Shown in pieces: positions 52,301 to 60,537 of a stretch of DNA of 64,000 nt. How positions within the stretch are numbered: position 1 is the first letter of the stretch; every line of letters begins with the position of its first letter. Position numbers and translations under genes: made by a program. This stretch comes from an uncultured Chloroflexia bacterium (lineage in GTDB: Bacteria; Chloroflexota; Limnocylindria; Limnocylindrales; CSP1-4): the NCBI GenBank assembly GCA_963707215.1, contig CAVPPB010000003.1:704001-768000 (forward strand), in the 5' to 3' direction. Under the pieces are notes generated by a model. It was not told the DNA's origin and ran no database searches. It saw only the letters and a list, made by a program, of their open reading frames with translations.

Positions 52301-55181
52301 GGGGGCCAGGGACGGAGGTGGCGGGACCCTGACCGACGCGTGCCCCGCCCCACCGGCCAGCTCCACGGACAGCTTCCGTGACTTCGTCACGATCATGCAG
52401 AACGGCATCAACCTGCGCTACGGCGGGACGGTGGAGGTCCTCGACGCGCTCGGCAACGTCGTCCAGACGATCGACTGCGCCGCGGACCCGTCCCCGATGC
52501 AGTGCGCCGTCCCGATGATCGCCGCCGAGGGCCCGCTCGGGCCGACCGAGGACCCGCAGGACTCCGGCCAGAAGGCGATCAACTACGGCGCCGACCCGCC
52601 CTGGTTCCGCCTGGGCATCACCCCGGACACCCCGTTCGGGGCGATCCATCGCGACCCGGCGCTCAAGGACACCATCCCGGAGGTCTTCTCCAGCTTCCTC
52701 GACATCGGGGACGGCCTGGGCCAGGCCGGCGATCCACAGACCGAGGTCTTCCGGGCCAGCCCGAACGGGCCGGAGTACGGCCGGTTCCGGGTCGTCATGC
52801 CCGGCGGCCACGCTCGCGGCGTCACCTATACGCTGCACGGCCACCAGTGGCAGCGCCAGCCGTACCTCAACGGCTCCAGCGAGATCGGCCACAGCCCTGT
52901 CTCCGAGTACTACGGGACCCAGGAGGGCATCAACCCGACCGGCCACTGGGACTTCGTGGCCGACCTCGGCGGCGGGTTCGACGTCGCCGGCGACTACCTC
53001 TGGCGGGACCAGGCATCGTTCGGCAGCTTCCAGGGCCTCTGGGGCCTGCTCCGCTTCGACCAGACCGAACCCGTCGCGCCCGACACGGGTGTCACGCTGC
53101 CCAAGTACACGTTCGTCGACCTCGACCTCCTCGCGGGGGCGTTCGACCTCGACGGGCTCATCGGGGCCAGCGTCCAGATCGTCGGCGGGCCGTCGTTCGG
53201 CGCCCTCGTCGACCCGGAGGGCGATGGCACCTACCGCTACACGTCCACGGACTGGCCGGCCTGCGCCGACGCGTTCGCCTGCCAGGACAGCTTCACCTAC
53301 ACCATCACGGACGGGACCGGGTCGGTCTCGGCTGCCGGCACCGTGGTGCTCACCATCACGAACACCGCCCCCGTGGCGAACAACGACACCATCATCATCA
53401 AGGCACCGTTCACCGGCGGCTCCGTGGACGTGCTCCTCAACGACCTCGACGCCGAGGGCGATCTCGACCCGGCTCGCGACCCGGTCGTGGAGCCGTTCGG
53501 CCAGCCGGTCGATCGGCGCGGCAACCCCGTCGGCTCGATCGCCGACGCGGTCGTCGACGCGGACGGCCGAACGGTCACCTACACGCCGCCGGCTGGATGG
53601 TCGGGCGTCGCCCTGATCCAGTACAAGGTCACCGACGAGTCCGGAGCGGTCTCGAACACGGCCCTCATCCGGGCGGCCGTGAACGTCGACGACATCACCA
53701 TCACGAGCGCCCGCTACCAGCCCGCCAACCAGCGCTGGTCGATCTCGGGCACCTGCAACACGCCGTTCGAGCCGGGCACCAGCACGCCCACGACGATCGA
53801 GATCTTCTCCGGTCCCACGATCGAAGGGACGCCCCCGGTGATCGGGACGGCCACCTGCATCCCGGGCGACCCGGTCGGGACCTGGAGCTTCAGCGGCACG
53901 TCGACCGTGCCGGCGCCGGACCCGAACGCCTTCAACTACGTGAGCGCCGAATCCGCCCTCCAGGGTTTCTACGAGGGCTTCCCGCTCACCTTCGCCGGCC
54001 AGAACAACGCGCCGGTCGCCACGAACGACGTCTACACCACGGACGAGGACACGACGCTCACCGGGAACGTCCTCGCCAACGACAGCGACGCGGACTTCGA
54101 CCCGCTGACCGCGGCCCTGGTCACCGGGCCCGCGCACGGGACGCTGGCGCTCGCCCCGACCGGAGGCTTCACGTACGAACCCGACCCGGACTACGCGGGC
54201 ACCGACAGCTTCACCTACCAGGCCAGCGACGGGCAGGACCAGTCGGCCGTCGCCTCGGTCGACATCACGATCACCGCCGTCAACGACGCGCCACGGGCCG
54301 TCGACGACACGTACGTCACCGATGCCGGGGTGCCGCTGAGCGTCCCCGCCCCCGGCATCCTATCCAACGACAGCGACGTCGAGGGCGACCCGTTCACGCT
54401 CGACACGACGCCGCTGAGCGATCCGGCCAACGGGATCGTCGCCCTGAACGGCGACGGCTCGTTCACCTACACCCCGGCGGTGGGCTTCAGCGGCACCGAC
54501 TCCTTCGTGTACCGCATCTGCGAAGACCTCGGCGGTCCGAGCGAGCTCTGCGGCACGGCGACGGTCACGATCGCCGTCGGGGTGAACAGCGCCCCCACGG
54601 CGAACGACGACGCCGGCTACACGACCGCGCAGAACACGACCCTGAACGTCGGCGGTCCGGGCGTGCTCGGCAACGACACCGATCCCGACAACGACCCCCT
54701 CGTCGTCGCATCGGTCAATGGCGTCGCGACCAACGTCGGCGCCGCCGTGGCCCTGCCCTCGGGCAGCACCGTCACCGTCCAGGCGAACGGGTCGTTCACC
54801 TACGTCCCGCGCTTCAACTTCGTCGGCAACGACTCCTTCACGTACGTCGCCGGCGATGTCCCGGCCGGCGCCCTCTCGCACACGGCCACCGTGACCGTCG
54901 CCGTGAAGGACACGGTGACGATCACCAGCGCCAGCTACCGGCAACGCCAGGGCCGCTGGCAGGTCCAGGGCACGGTCTCGAACACGACCAGTCGCGTGGA
55001 CGTGTACCTGAACCGCGTCGCGCCGGCGGACCTGCTCGGGGCGGCGAATGTCGACGCGATCGACGGGAGCTGGTCGCTCAGCGGCGTGCTCGGGAAGACC
55101 CCAGGGGTGGGCGACACGGTCATCGCCGTCTCCTCCGGCCGGGGCGAATCGGCTCCATTCCCGGTGTCGATCAGACGGTAG
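46353..55181 (+). CDS. Giant MnxG-like multicopper oxidase with N-terminal His-rich membrane domain, Ca-binding-like repeats and C-terminal Ig/cadherin-like domains
   Basis: Cu motifs HHIFHLHAHQW, IFHCHFYPHFAQGM, GQHIHLVKFD, FTHDHYGPSTHQQVGL, TLHGHQW. N.AP.A.DD..GSFTY.P..F.G.DSF.Y Big_9-like repeats. GGAGGG RBS before ATG 46353 (alternative start 46455). Confidence 0.9.
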   Translation: MDRLRAVPVRAVRARARAAAPPDPRRRRSAATAPMSRSIRPLAFLVAAVAIALGGIGTAHEYHHELHEHHELPPILHFGRDAALALPFAVVAVLAATVLCLAVLRHGRSAATSIGLRLLWALSAAGVFAALSIPGNELHGRLFAAEHTLELGWLEHALRDAGFVFAGSAIAAALVAVTIGPPWPTRRLAAWPRASRPSAGLLVPVARRVGAAFLGLAVLASPMLPFPTPAFVPPVEAVEPGVAAECVRTVTADVVALDQPFYYNRLGAINANGMIYALARDVVVNAGVAGLAGRPLSELTDAERETVDGQVSLRADKRPRPLTLRVNEGDCLAIHFTNLLDPVGFIFDLPADFPTDPILGLGVPINQQVDNQPLTRVASIHVDGLELVNGIADDGSRVGRNPAGSSVVAPGFSTDYTYYAPDKGTHLLYSMGTTLGAEGDGGTRSYGLFGAVNVEPGPTGTFPGSLWYRSQLTRQEMDWATPPETFTDWNANGTWDAGIAEPLTDWNENGVQDNGIAEPLTDWNENGVQDNGIAEPLTDWNENGVQDNGIAEPFTDVDGGTPGVYDLGEPFTDWNESGAWDASVDEPFTDWNESGAWDASVDEPFTDWNESGAWDASVDEPFTDWNESGAWDASVDEPLVDTNGDGIWNAHQATPGGQPILDYFATYPLEAGPAKAGLPILSILTPDLEIIHSDLNAIVDDRGFPYPDNQAYPNRGEEPFREFTVIFHDEGVGVQAFPGFYNDPVLRHTLHGVVDAFPINYGSGGIGSEIIANRLGVGPMWDCAECKYEEFFLTSFTVGDPAMIVDVPANTTDAAGAIIPGPKATKALFPDDPSNVHHAYLGDRVVFRNLHAGPKEHHIFHLHAHQWQFNPDDPQSNYLDGQAVGPGSGYTYEIAYGGSGNRNLTPGDSIFHCHFYPHFAQGMWELWRVHDTFEPGTLMETDPTDGLPWPADGARALPDGEIVRGTPIPGVVPMPGTPMAPIPDPAATIVAHDLDGDGAPDSSQFDANGDGIADILQPDDPTAEPATNPGYPWFTPGLVGHRPPTPALDLIDDGGLPRHVVASGPLEDNPGHAGPPVDTYVSRLDFNKVLHEASAIQLPEDGTPAEQVAMAFHAGPGGGDPTYDSFFPDGAPATGPDGFEVNGLPPVRGAPFADPCRAFNGSGPWTLDYPNGTVRTIKGANIEMPIVLNKVGWHFQQQRFEALWEDVVPTLTNARAPQPMIMRLNSTDCAEFHHANLVPNVYQLDDYQVRTPTDIIGQHIHLVKFDVMSADGSANGWNYEDGTLSPDEVRERIDAFNNGGGLVQLDGTTTTALAPEAHPYFGATGPDDQDWRGARTTVQRWYADPLLERAWDGGVGTVFTHDHYGPSTHQQVGLYSTLLVEPKGSTWRHNETGQALGTRADGGPTTWQAIIQPGTGASDARFKPHREFYFEFADFQHAYERNGGALGAQPNEAVLGPAETIPSYADFDDAINPSFRLPPPDPADIYIHPNYCPGTTFDAAGNPLNVVARPCPEAISADDPGTYALNFRNEPIGLRVFNGQVGPGAGQSPGLAGDIAHAYQSRTDRAIPELNVQPETNGISPYPPLTADVQPGDPWTPMLRVYMGDDVRIRVQVGAHEEEHNFTIPGLKWKQEPNSENSGWKNSEFFGIDEYFNLDVPIVPDTGSGTPARVDYIYTVGAELEGMWNGVWGVLRSYSSQRNDLVELPSNDVGRNGYVITNDADFDGICPTTAPVASFDVTAVRAVDVLDPVQGLVYNERLTTLRAPLGGVNGQGPLIDPTALMYVLDQDLVRDATGAPTGLKPGTPIEPLILRVNAGDCVLVDLTNALPPDLSGTEMPGLNALPPIVQKDVDVAVPGVGGILTFNSNDLTPSSKVGLTPQLLAFDPRTDGGFSTGLTTGRLVEPGATGRYRWYAGDVTVANAGVQGNRTRFTLSASPVEFGATGLMPADRIKGDENGFVGALIVEPQDSCWIADPGTRAQATVWKGARDGGGGTLTDACPAPPASSTDSFRDFVTIMQNGINLRYGGTVEVLDALGNVVQTIDCAADPSPMQCAVPMIAAEGPLGPTEDPQDSGQKAINYGADPPWFRLGITPDTPFGAIHRDPALKDTIPEVFSSFLDIGDGLGQAGDPQTEVFRASPNGPEYGRFRVVMPGGHARGVTYTLHGHQWQRQPYLNGSSEIGHSPVSEYYGTQEGINPTGHWDFVADLGGGFDVAGDYLWRDQASFGSFQGLWGLLRFDQTEPVAPDTGVTLPKYTFVDLDLLAGAFDLDGLIGASVQIVGGPSFGALVDPEGDGTYRYTSTDWPACADAFACQDSFTYTITDGTGSVSAAGTVVLTITNTAPVANNDTIIIKAPFTGGSVDVLLNDLDAEGDLDPARDPVVEPFGQPVDRRGNPVGSIADAVVDADGRTVTYTPPAGWSGVALIQYKVTDESGAVSNTALIRAAVNVDDITITSARYQPANQRWSISGTCNTPFEPGTSTPTTIEIFSGPTIEGTPPVIGTATCIPGDPVGTWSFSGTSTVPAPDPNAFNYVSAESALQGFYEGFPLTFAGQNNAPVATNDVYTTDEDTTLTGNVLANDSDADFDPLTAALVTGPAHGTLALAPTGGFTYEPDPDYAGTDSFTYQASDGQDQSAVASVDITITAVNDAPRAVDDTYVTDAGVPLSVPAPGILSNDSDVEGDPFTLDTTPLSDPANGIVALNGDGSFTYTPAVGFSGTDSFVYRICEDLGGPSELCGTATVTIAVGVNSAPTANDDAGYTTAQNTTLNVGGPGVLGNDTDPDNDPLVVASVNGVATNVGAAVALPSGSTVTVQANGSFTYVPRFNFVGNDSFTYVAGDVPAGALSHTATVTVAVKDTVTITSASYRQRQGRWQVQGTVSNTTSRVDVYLNRVAPADLLGAANVDAIDGSWSLSGVLGKTPGVGDTVIAVSSGRGESAPFPVSIRR
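47802..48305 (+). repeat. In-frame 51-bp (17-aa) tandem array, 10 units
   Basis: Units start at 47802, 47853, 47904, 47955, 48006, 48057, 48108, 48159, 48210 and 48261. Three identical EPLTDWNENGVQDNGIA and four identical EPFTDWNESGAWDASVD. Confidence 0.95.
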
Positions 55182-55206
55182 CGACTGTGCGAACCTAGGC
55201 GGGACG

Positions 55207-55239
55207 GACGTGGGCCGCGTCGAGAGACCGGCCCACGTC
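55207..55239 (+). other. Intergenic stem-loop between the oxidase and beta-propeller genes
   Basis: GACGTGGGCCG...CGGCCCACGTC, an 11-bp perfect stem with no U-tract. Confidence 0.55.
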
Positions 55240-55275
55240 ACTGCCCTTGGGGCACGCGAGCGAGTGGGAGGACGC

Positions 55276-57303
55276 ATGCAGGCGACGGGCGAACGGCATC
55301 CGGGCTGGCTTCTGCCGGTCCTGGCCGCCCTCGCCCTGGTCCTCTCCGGCTGCTCGATCCTGTCGGGCACCGTGCCGGCGGAGCATGCCCACGAGCCCGG
55401 CACCGAGGACGTGGAGCACACCCACGGCCCCGGGACCGACGAGGGTGAGCACGCCGGTGAGGGCGCCGTGGACCTGGACCATCACGGCAACCCGGTCTAC
55501 GGGGAGGACGAGCGCGTCTACGAGACGGTGACCACCGGCGGCGTGACCGTCGAATTCACCGTCGAGAACTTCATCGGCGTCGGCGGCCGGGGTGGCGAGG
55601 TGGCACCGAGGCTCGTCGAGGGCGAGCACGCCAACCTCCAGTTCCACGTGACCGATGCCTCGACCGGCGCCCCCGTTCCGGATCTGGCGCCCGCCGTCTG
55701 GGTCGACGTCGCCGGTGGCGACGCGGACTGCTCGGCGCGGGTGGCCGGCTATCGGTCCGGGGCGCTGGACCGGCGACCGTTGGTCGACCTCAACAGCTAC
55801 TTCATCCTGGCCATGAACCGGGACAACACCATCTCGGTCCTCGATCCGACGGTCGACGTCGCCGGGATGACCAACCTCTTCTCGGTGATCCTGCTGCAGG
55901 CGGACCCGGGGGACTGGGCGCTGGACCCCGAAGGTGACCGGCTGTTCGTGACGCTGCCGTCGCTCGACAAGATCGCCGTCATCGACACGGAAGGGTTCAT
56001 GGTCGAGGACCACGTCGACCTGCCGGGCACCCCGACCCACATCGCCATGGAACCCGGCGGGGCACGGGCCTGGGTCAGCCTCGCCGGCGATGACGGGCTG
56101 GCCATCATCGATGTCGGGACGCTGGCGAGCGAGCGGCTCGAGGGAGCGGTCGCCACGGCTGCGGCCTTCGGGAGCGATGGGCGAGCCCTGGTCGGCACAC
56201 CTCGTGGCGTGTCCATCCGGGACATCGGGACCCTGGCCGAGCTCGGCCGGGTCGACCTGCCCGGGACTCCGGCGACCATCGCGGTCGGTCCGACCGGCGA
56301 CGCGTACGTCGCCCAGCCCGATGCCGGGCTCGTCTCGGTCCTCGGGCCGGACGGGACGGAGCGGGCGCGTATCGCGACCGGCCGGGGGGTGACCGCGGTG
56401 GCCATCTCGCCCGACGGACGCTGGGCCGTCGCCGCCGATCCCAGCGCCGATGCGGTGTACCTCATCGAGACCGCGACGGACCGGATGACCCACGTGATCC
56501 CGGTCAGGGGCTCGCCCGACCTGGTGACCTTCACCTCGACGTCCGCTTACGTGCACACCCCCGACTCACCGTCGATCACCGTCATCCCGCTGGCCGAGAT
56601 CGACCCGACCGGCGACGTGGGGGTCCTCACCGTCCCGATCGGGGACCGGCCCGCCGGCTCCACGGGCGCTCCGACCATCGGCGGGGCGCTCGCGCCGACG
56701 CCGAACGGGGCAGCCATGCTCATCCCAAACCCGGCCGACGACACCGTCTACTTCTACACCGAGGGGTCGAAGTCGGCCCTCGGGGGCTTCCAGGGTCACA
56801 CGCTGGAGCCGCGTGCGGTCCAGGTCGTCGACCGGAGCCTCCGCCAGCCCTCACCGGGCGTCTACACCGGCAGCATCCGGATCCCCCAGGGCAAGGACTT
56901 CGTCGTGGCCTTCCAGCTCGCGGACCGGAAGCTGACCCATTGCTTCGAGTTCTCGGCCCGGGCGACCGAACGACCGCTCGACGACCCGGCAGCCCGGCCG
57001 GAGATCGAGGTCCTCACGGCCGACGGATCGTTCGTCGCCGGCTCCCCGGTCGCCTATCGGTTCCGGCTGGCGACGGCCGACGGACGACCGATCGCGGAGC
57101 TGAGCGACCTCAGCACCCTGGCCGTCGGCACGGCCACCGGGTGGAGGGATCGCTTCGCGGCCGTCCACGTCGGCGACGGCGTCTACGAGGCCACCCTCCA
57201 GCTGCCGGCACCCGGCTACTACCAGCTCTTCTTCGCGGTGCCGTCCATCGGGGTCGGCTACGCCGACCTGCCGTCGCGATCGGTCAAGGTGGCTCCGGGC
57301 TGA
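55276..57303 (+). CDS. YncE/cytochrome d1-like beta-propeller lipoprotein with His-rich N-terminus and YtkA/FixH-like C-terminus
   Basis: GGGAGG RBS; signal peptide with lipobox LSGC; EHAHEP..EHTH..EH..DHH; propeller blades (DPEGDRLFV, ISPDGRWAV); GDGVYEA..PAPGYY. Confidence 0.82.
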   Translation: MQATGERHPGWLLPVLAALALVLSGCSILSGTVPAEHAHEPGTEDVEHTHGPGTDEGEHAGEGAVDLDHHGNPVYGEDERVYETVTTGGVTVEFTVENFIGVGGRGGEVAPRLVEGEHANLQFHVTDASTGAPVPDLAPAVWVDVAGGDADCSARVAGYRSGALDRRPLVDLNSYFILAMNRDNTISVLDPTVDVAGMTNLFSVILLQADPGDWALDPEGDRLFVTLPSLDKIAVIDTEGFMVEDHVDLPGTPTHIAMEPGGARAWVSLAGDDGLAIIDVGTLASERLEGAVATAAAFGSDGRALVGTPRGVSIRDIGTLAELGRVDLPGTPATIAVGPTGDAYVAQPDAGLVSVLGPDGTERARIATGRGVTAVAISPDGRWAVAADPSADAVYLIETATDRMTHVIPVRGSPDLVTFTSTSAYVHTPDSPSITVIPLAEIDPTGDVGVLTVPIGDRPAGSTGAPTIGGALAPTPNGAAMLIPNPADDTVYFYTEGSKSALGGFQGHTLEPRAVQVVDRSLRQPSPGVYTGSIRIPQGKDFVVAFQLADRKLTHCFEFSARATERPLDDPAARPEIEVLTADGSFVAGSPVAYRFRLATADGRPIAELSDLSTLAVGTATGWRDRFAAVHVGDGVYEATLQLPAPGYYQLFFAVPSIGVGYADLPSRSVKVAPG

Positions 57304-57437
57304 CCCGCCCAGGGCAGGACAGCCGGATCCGCGGGTCCAGCCGCGACCGAGCGCACCGGGGCCCGTCATCGCTGCTCCGGAGGCGATCCCCGGTCGAGGC
57401 TGGCGCAGCCAGGCCGGCCCGTGCGACGATGCGGGAT

Positions 57438-58388
57438 ATGGCGATGACCGCCCGGATCTCGCGACGGTCCCACCGACACGGGGAGGTCTTCCGGCGAGCG
57501 CTGCAGCGGGAGGTCGCCCGGCTGCGTGAGCCCAGGCGGATCGTCGCGATGGTCCTGCTCGTGCTGGCCTTCGCGGTGGCGATGGCCGGGCTGTACGCCC
57601 GCGGCGAGCAGGCAGGGGCGGACGCACGGGCATACTGGGCCGGGGTCCGACTCTGGCTCGGGGGTGGCGATCCGTACGATCCCACGGGGCCGTTCCTGCC
57701 CTACGTCTACGCGCCCTGGATGCTGCCGCTCTTCCTCCCCTGGGCCCTGCTGCCGTGGGAGGTCGCCTGGTTCGCGTGGCGAGTCGGCACGATCCTGGCC
57801 CTGCTCTGGACCGTCGAGTGGGCGTACCGCCGGCGGCCTCTGGCGACCGCCGTCGTCATCGCGCTGCTGCTGATCCCGTTCATGGCCAACCTCGACACCG
57901 GCAACATCAACCTCCAGCTGACCCTGGCCCTCTGGGCCGCCCAGTTCGCCGGGCCGGTCACAGCCGGCGCGCTGTGGGCCCTGGCGACCTGGATGAAGTG
58001 GGTGCCGGCGCCCTTCTGGCTGATCCTCGCGCCGCGGGCCCGCGGATGGGGCCTGATCTGGCTCGCCCTGGCCGCGGTCCTGAGCCTGATCATGCTGCCG
58101 CTCACGATCCTCCAGCTCCAGGCCATCTTCGGCTTCGGTCCGCGGCCGCTCCGTCTCGACTACCTGGTCTTCCTATGGGCGCTGGTGCCCTGGGTCTGGC
58201 GCCATCCCGATCCGCTCTGGTGGCTGCGGCCGTCGAGCTGGCCCGGCCTGCGCGACCGGGTGGCGACGAACCTGCGGACCTGGCGCTGGCGCCTTGCCGA
58301 CGATCGCCGGGGCGCGCTCAGGATCGCCGCCGGCGATCTGCGAACGGGCTTCCGTCGGCTCGTCGGCCTGGATGTAGAGGACCGCTAG
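57438..58388 (+). CDS. GT-C (family 87-like) membrane glycosyltransferase
   Basis: GADARAYW...GGDPY..FLPYVYAPW, DTGNIN, WMKWVP; multiple TM segments. Start uncertain (57429/57438/57444). Confidence 0.8.
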   Translation: MAMTARISRRSHRHGEVFRRALQREVARLREPRRIVAMVLLVLAFAVAMAGLYARGEQAGADARAYWAGVRLWLGGGDPYDPTGPFLPYVYAPWMLPLFLPWALLPWEVAWFAWRVGTILALLWTVEWAYRRRPLATAVVIALLLIPFMANLDTGNINLQLTLALWAAQFAGPVTAGALWALATWMKWVPAPFWLILAPRARGWGLIWLALAAVLSLIMLPLTILQLQAIFGFGPRPLRLDYLVFLWALVPWVWRHPDPLWWLRPSSWPGLRDRVATNLRTWRWRLADDRRGALRIAAGDLRTGFRRLVGLDVEDR

Positions 58389-59752
58389 GAGGGGGCCGGG
58401 ATCCGCTCAGGCGGCGGCACCGGGCGGTCATCCGGAGCCGGCAATTCCTCCCGCCGGGTCGGATCCACCGGGACCAGCATGACGGCCCCGATGACGTAGC
58501 AGATGGCGCCCACGACGAGCGCCGCACGCGGGCCGACCCCTTCGCCGTAGGCGACATTGACAGGATCCATGACCAACGAGCCGGCGACGGCGATCGCGAC
58601 GAGCCCCGAGGACGCGGTCGCGACGTTGCTGAGGCCCATGTACCGGCCGGATGCTGCCTTGGGGATGATATCGGTCATCAGGGCCCAGTCGACGGCCACG
58701 AAGGCGCCGCTCCCGACCCCCATGAGCACGGCGCCGATGAGGGCCACCGGGACGACCTCGGCGGCCGCGAGAACGGCCAGGCCAGCGGCTCCCAGCGCGC
58801 AGGCGCCGTAGATGACCCGCTTCCGGCCGATCCGGTCAGAGAGACGCGCGGCGGGGACGACAGCGAGACCCGTGGCGACCAGCGCAGCAGCGAGGATGCC
58901 GATCGTGACGGCGCCGGTGGCCGTGCTATCGAGCCCGAGGCTCTGGGGGATGTAGAAGTCCTTCAGGCCGAGAAGCACGCCGCCACCCATGAGGACGAAG
59001 AACCGCGAGAGGACGAGGAAGAGGAAGCTCCGCTCGCGAAGGATGTCCGCGCCCCAGGCTTCGCGGGCGATGGCCACCCACGAGCGACCGCCGCGATCAC
59101 GGGCGGGTCTACCGTCGTCGACACGGATCACGACGCTGAGCATCGTCAGCAGCTCGAGGGCACCGAGCGAGATCGTCGCCCAGAAGAAGGCGTCGGGCGT
59201 CGTCGCCCACAGGGCGATCGCCAGCGCGGCGATGCCGTAGCCAGCGACATTGCCGATGATCTGGAACAGGCCCACGAGGGAGGATGCGAGGCCGACCTGG
59301 GGCGCCGGAACGAGGTCCGGCACGTAGCCCTGGAACGGACCCTGGGCGAAGTTCGAGCTCACCTGGAGCAGGGCGACGAACGCGGCGATGGAGACGACGG
59401 TGTTCGAGCTGGCGATGCCGACGAGGAAGACGACGTCGAGCACGGTGCCGATGACGATGTACGGCTTGCGCCGGCCCCAGCGCGTGATCGTGTAGTCGCT
59501 GAGCGTGCCGACCGTCGGCTGGATGACCATGGCGATGACGACCCCGAGCGCGGTCATCCGGAACAACGCGCCAGCCTGGTCTCCGACCGGGGCAAGCTCC
59601 TCCCACTGGATCCGACCGGCAAGGATCCCGGAGATGCCGGACATGACCGCGACCAGGCCCAACCAGTAGAGCGACAGGCGGATCAGCTGGAGCACGGGCA
59701 GCGGCTTCGTCGGGCGGCCGTCTCCCGCCATCGTCGCTCCGGCCTCGCTCAA
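58385..59752 (-). CDS. MFS transporter
   Basis: GTLSDYTITRWGRRKPY, QGYVPDLVP, LSDRIGRKR, DWALMTDIIP. TTG 59752 after GAGGGG, or ATG 59731. Confidence 0.92.
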   Translation of the reverse strand: MSEAGATMAGDGRPTKPLPVLQLIRLSLYWLGLVAVMSGISGILAGRIQWEELAPVGDQAGALFRMTALGVVIAMVIQPTVGTLSDYTITRWGRRKPYIVIGTVLDVVFLVGIASSNTVVSIAAFVALLQVSSNFAQGPFQGYVPDLVPAPQVGLASSLVGLFQIIGNVAGYGIAALAIALWATTPDAFFWATISLGALELLTMLSVVIRVDDGRPARDRGGRSWVAIAREAWGADILRERSFLFLVLSRFFVLMGGGVLLGLKDFYIPQSLGLDSTATGAVTIGILAAALVATGLAVVPAARLSDRIGRKRVIYGACALGAAGLAVLAAAEVVPVALIGAVLMGVGSGAFVAVDWALMTDIIPKAASGRYMGLSNVATASSGLVAIAVAGSLVMDPVNVAYGEGVGPRAALVVGAICYVIGAVMLVPVDPTRREELPAPDDRPVPPPERIPAPS

Positions 59753-59822
59753 CTCGGCATCCCCTCTGGCCCTCTGACGCAGCGGCTCGGGTGGCGTTGC
59801 AGCACGACGCGGTACGGGCTCG

Positions 59823-60518
59823 TCAGGCGGCCACGGTTCGACGGAGCGGCACGAGCCGGCGGTCCCGGGCCCCGGGCGCCGCGAAACGGAACAGCGACCG
59901 ATCCAGCGAATAGAGCCCGGTCGAGACGACCCGGATGCCGCCGAGGCGGAAGCTGAAGACGGGGTTCTCGCCGTTGCCGGCGTACGTCCAGGGGATCCCG
60001 TCGGCCGCCAGCAGGGCGAAGTTGGCCTGCCCGCCGAACGTGTCGTGGAGGGCGCCAAGGAGGTGCGGCACGGGCTCGTCGAACGACCAGGCGTCCTCGA
60101 GCCAGCGGGCGCCGACCTCCGAATCGGCCCGACCGACGATCCGGCCCTGGGCCTGGTAGCGGCGCCGCCAGGCGCGCCAGTCGCCCAGGTCGCCGTTGTG
60201 GCCGAAGACGAACCGCCTGGCCGGATCCACGAACGGTTGCGTGTCCGCCTCGCCGAGCGTGGACAGCCGGGACGGCCGCCGGAGATGGACGAGGAGGGCG
60301 GTCGTCTCGGTCGCCCCGACGGCGTCGCGACCGGCGGCGTCGTCGCGGAACGCCCCGACATCGCGGTGGACGGCCAGCGGGGCGGACGGGTCGCCGGTCA
60401 GCCAGGCCGCGCCCCAGCCGAACCCGGCCAGGCCCCAGCGCTCGACCCGCTCGGCGAACGGCCAGAGCTCGTCGACCCGGAAGGGCTCGTCGGCGCGGGC
60501 GACGAAGTGCTCGCACAT
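59823..60518 (-). CDS. Class II glutamine amidotransferase (EgtC/YafJ-like)
   Basis: N-terminal M-C nucleophile, GWGAAW, VHLR, DTQPF, FGHNG, ADSE. Confidence 0.88.
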   Translation of the reverse strand: MCEHFVARADEPFRVDELWPFAERVERWGLAGFGWGAAWLTGDPSAPLAVHRDVGAFRDDAAGRDAVGATETTALLVHLRRPSRLSTLGEADTQPFVDPARRFVFGHNGDLGDWRAWRRRYQAQGRIVGRADSEVGARWLEDAWSFDEPVPHLLGALHDTFGGQANFALLAADGIPWTYAGNGENPVFSFRLGGIRVVSTGLYSLDRSLFRFAAPGARDRRLVPLRRTVAA

Positions 60519-60537
60519 CGCCGGCGATGATACGGCC

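Noticed and set aside
46458-54137. Very long antisense ORFs (46458-49691, 51033-54137) and other long shadow ORFs across the window
   Set aside because: They mirror real genes on the opposite strand. High GC3 suppresses stops, and the translations have no protein motifs.
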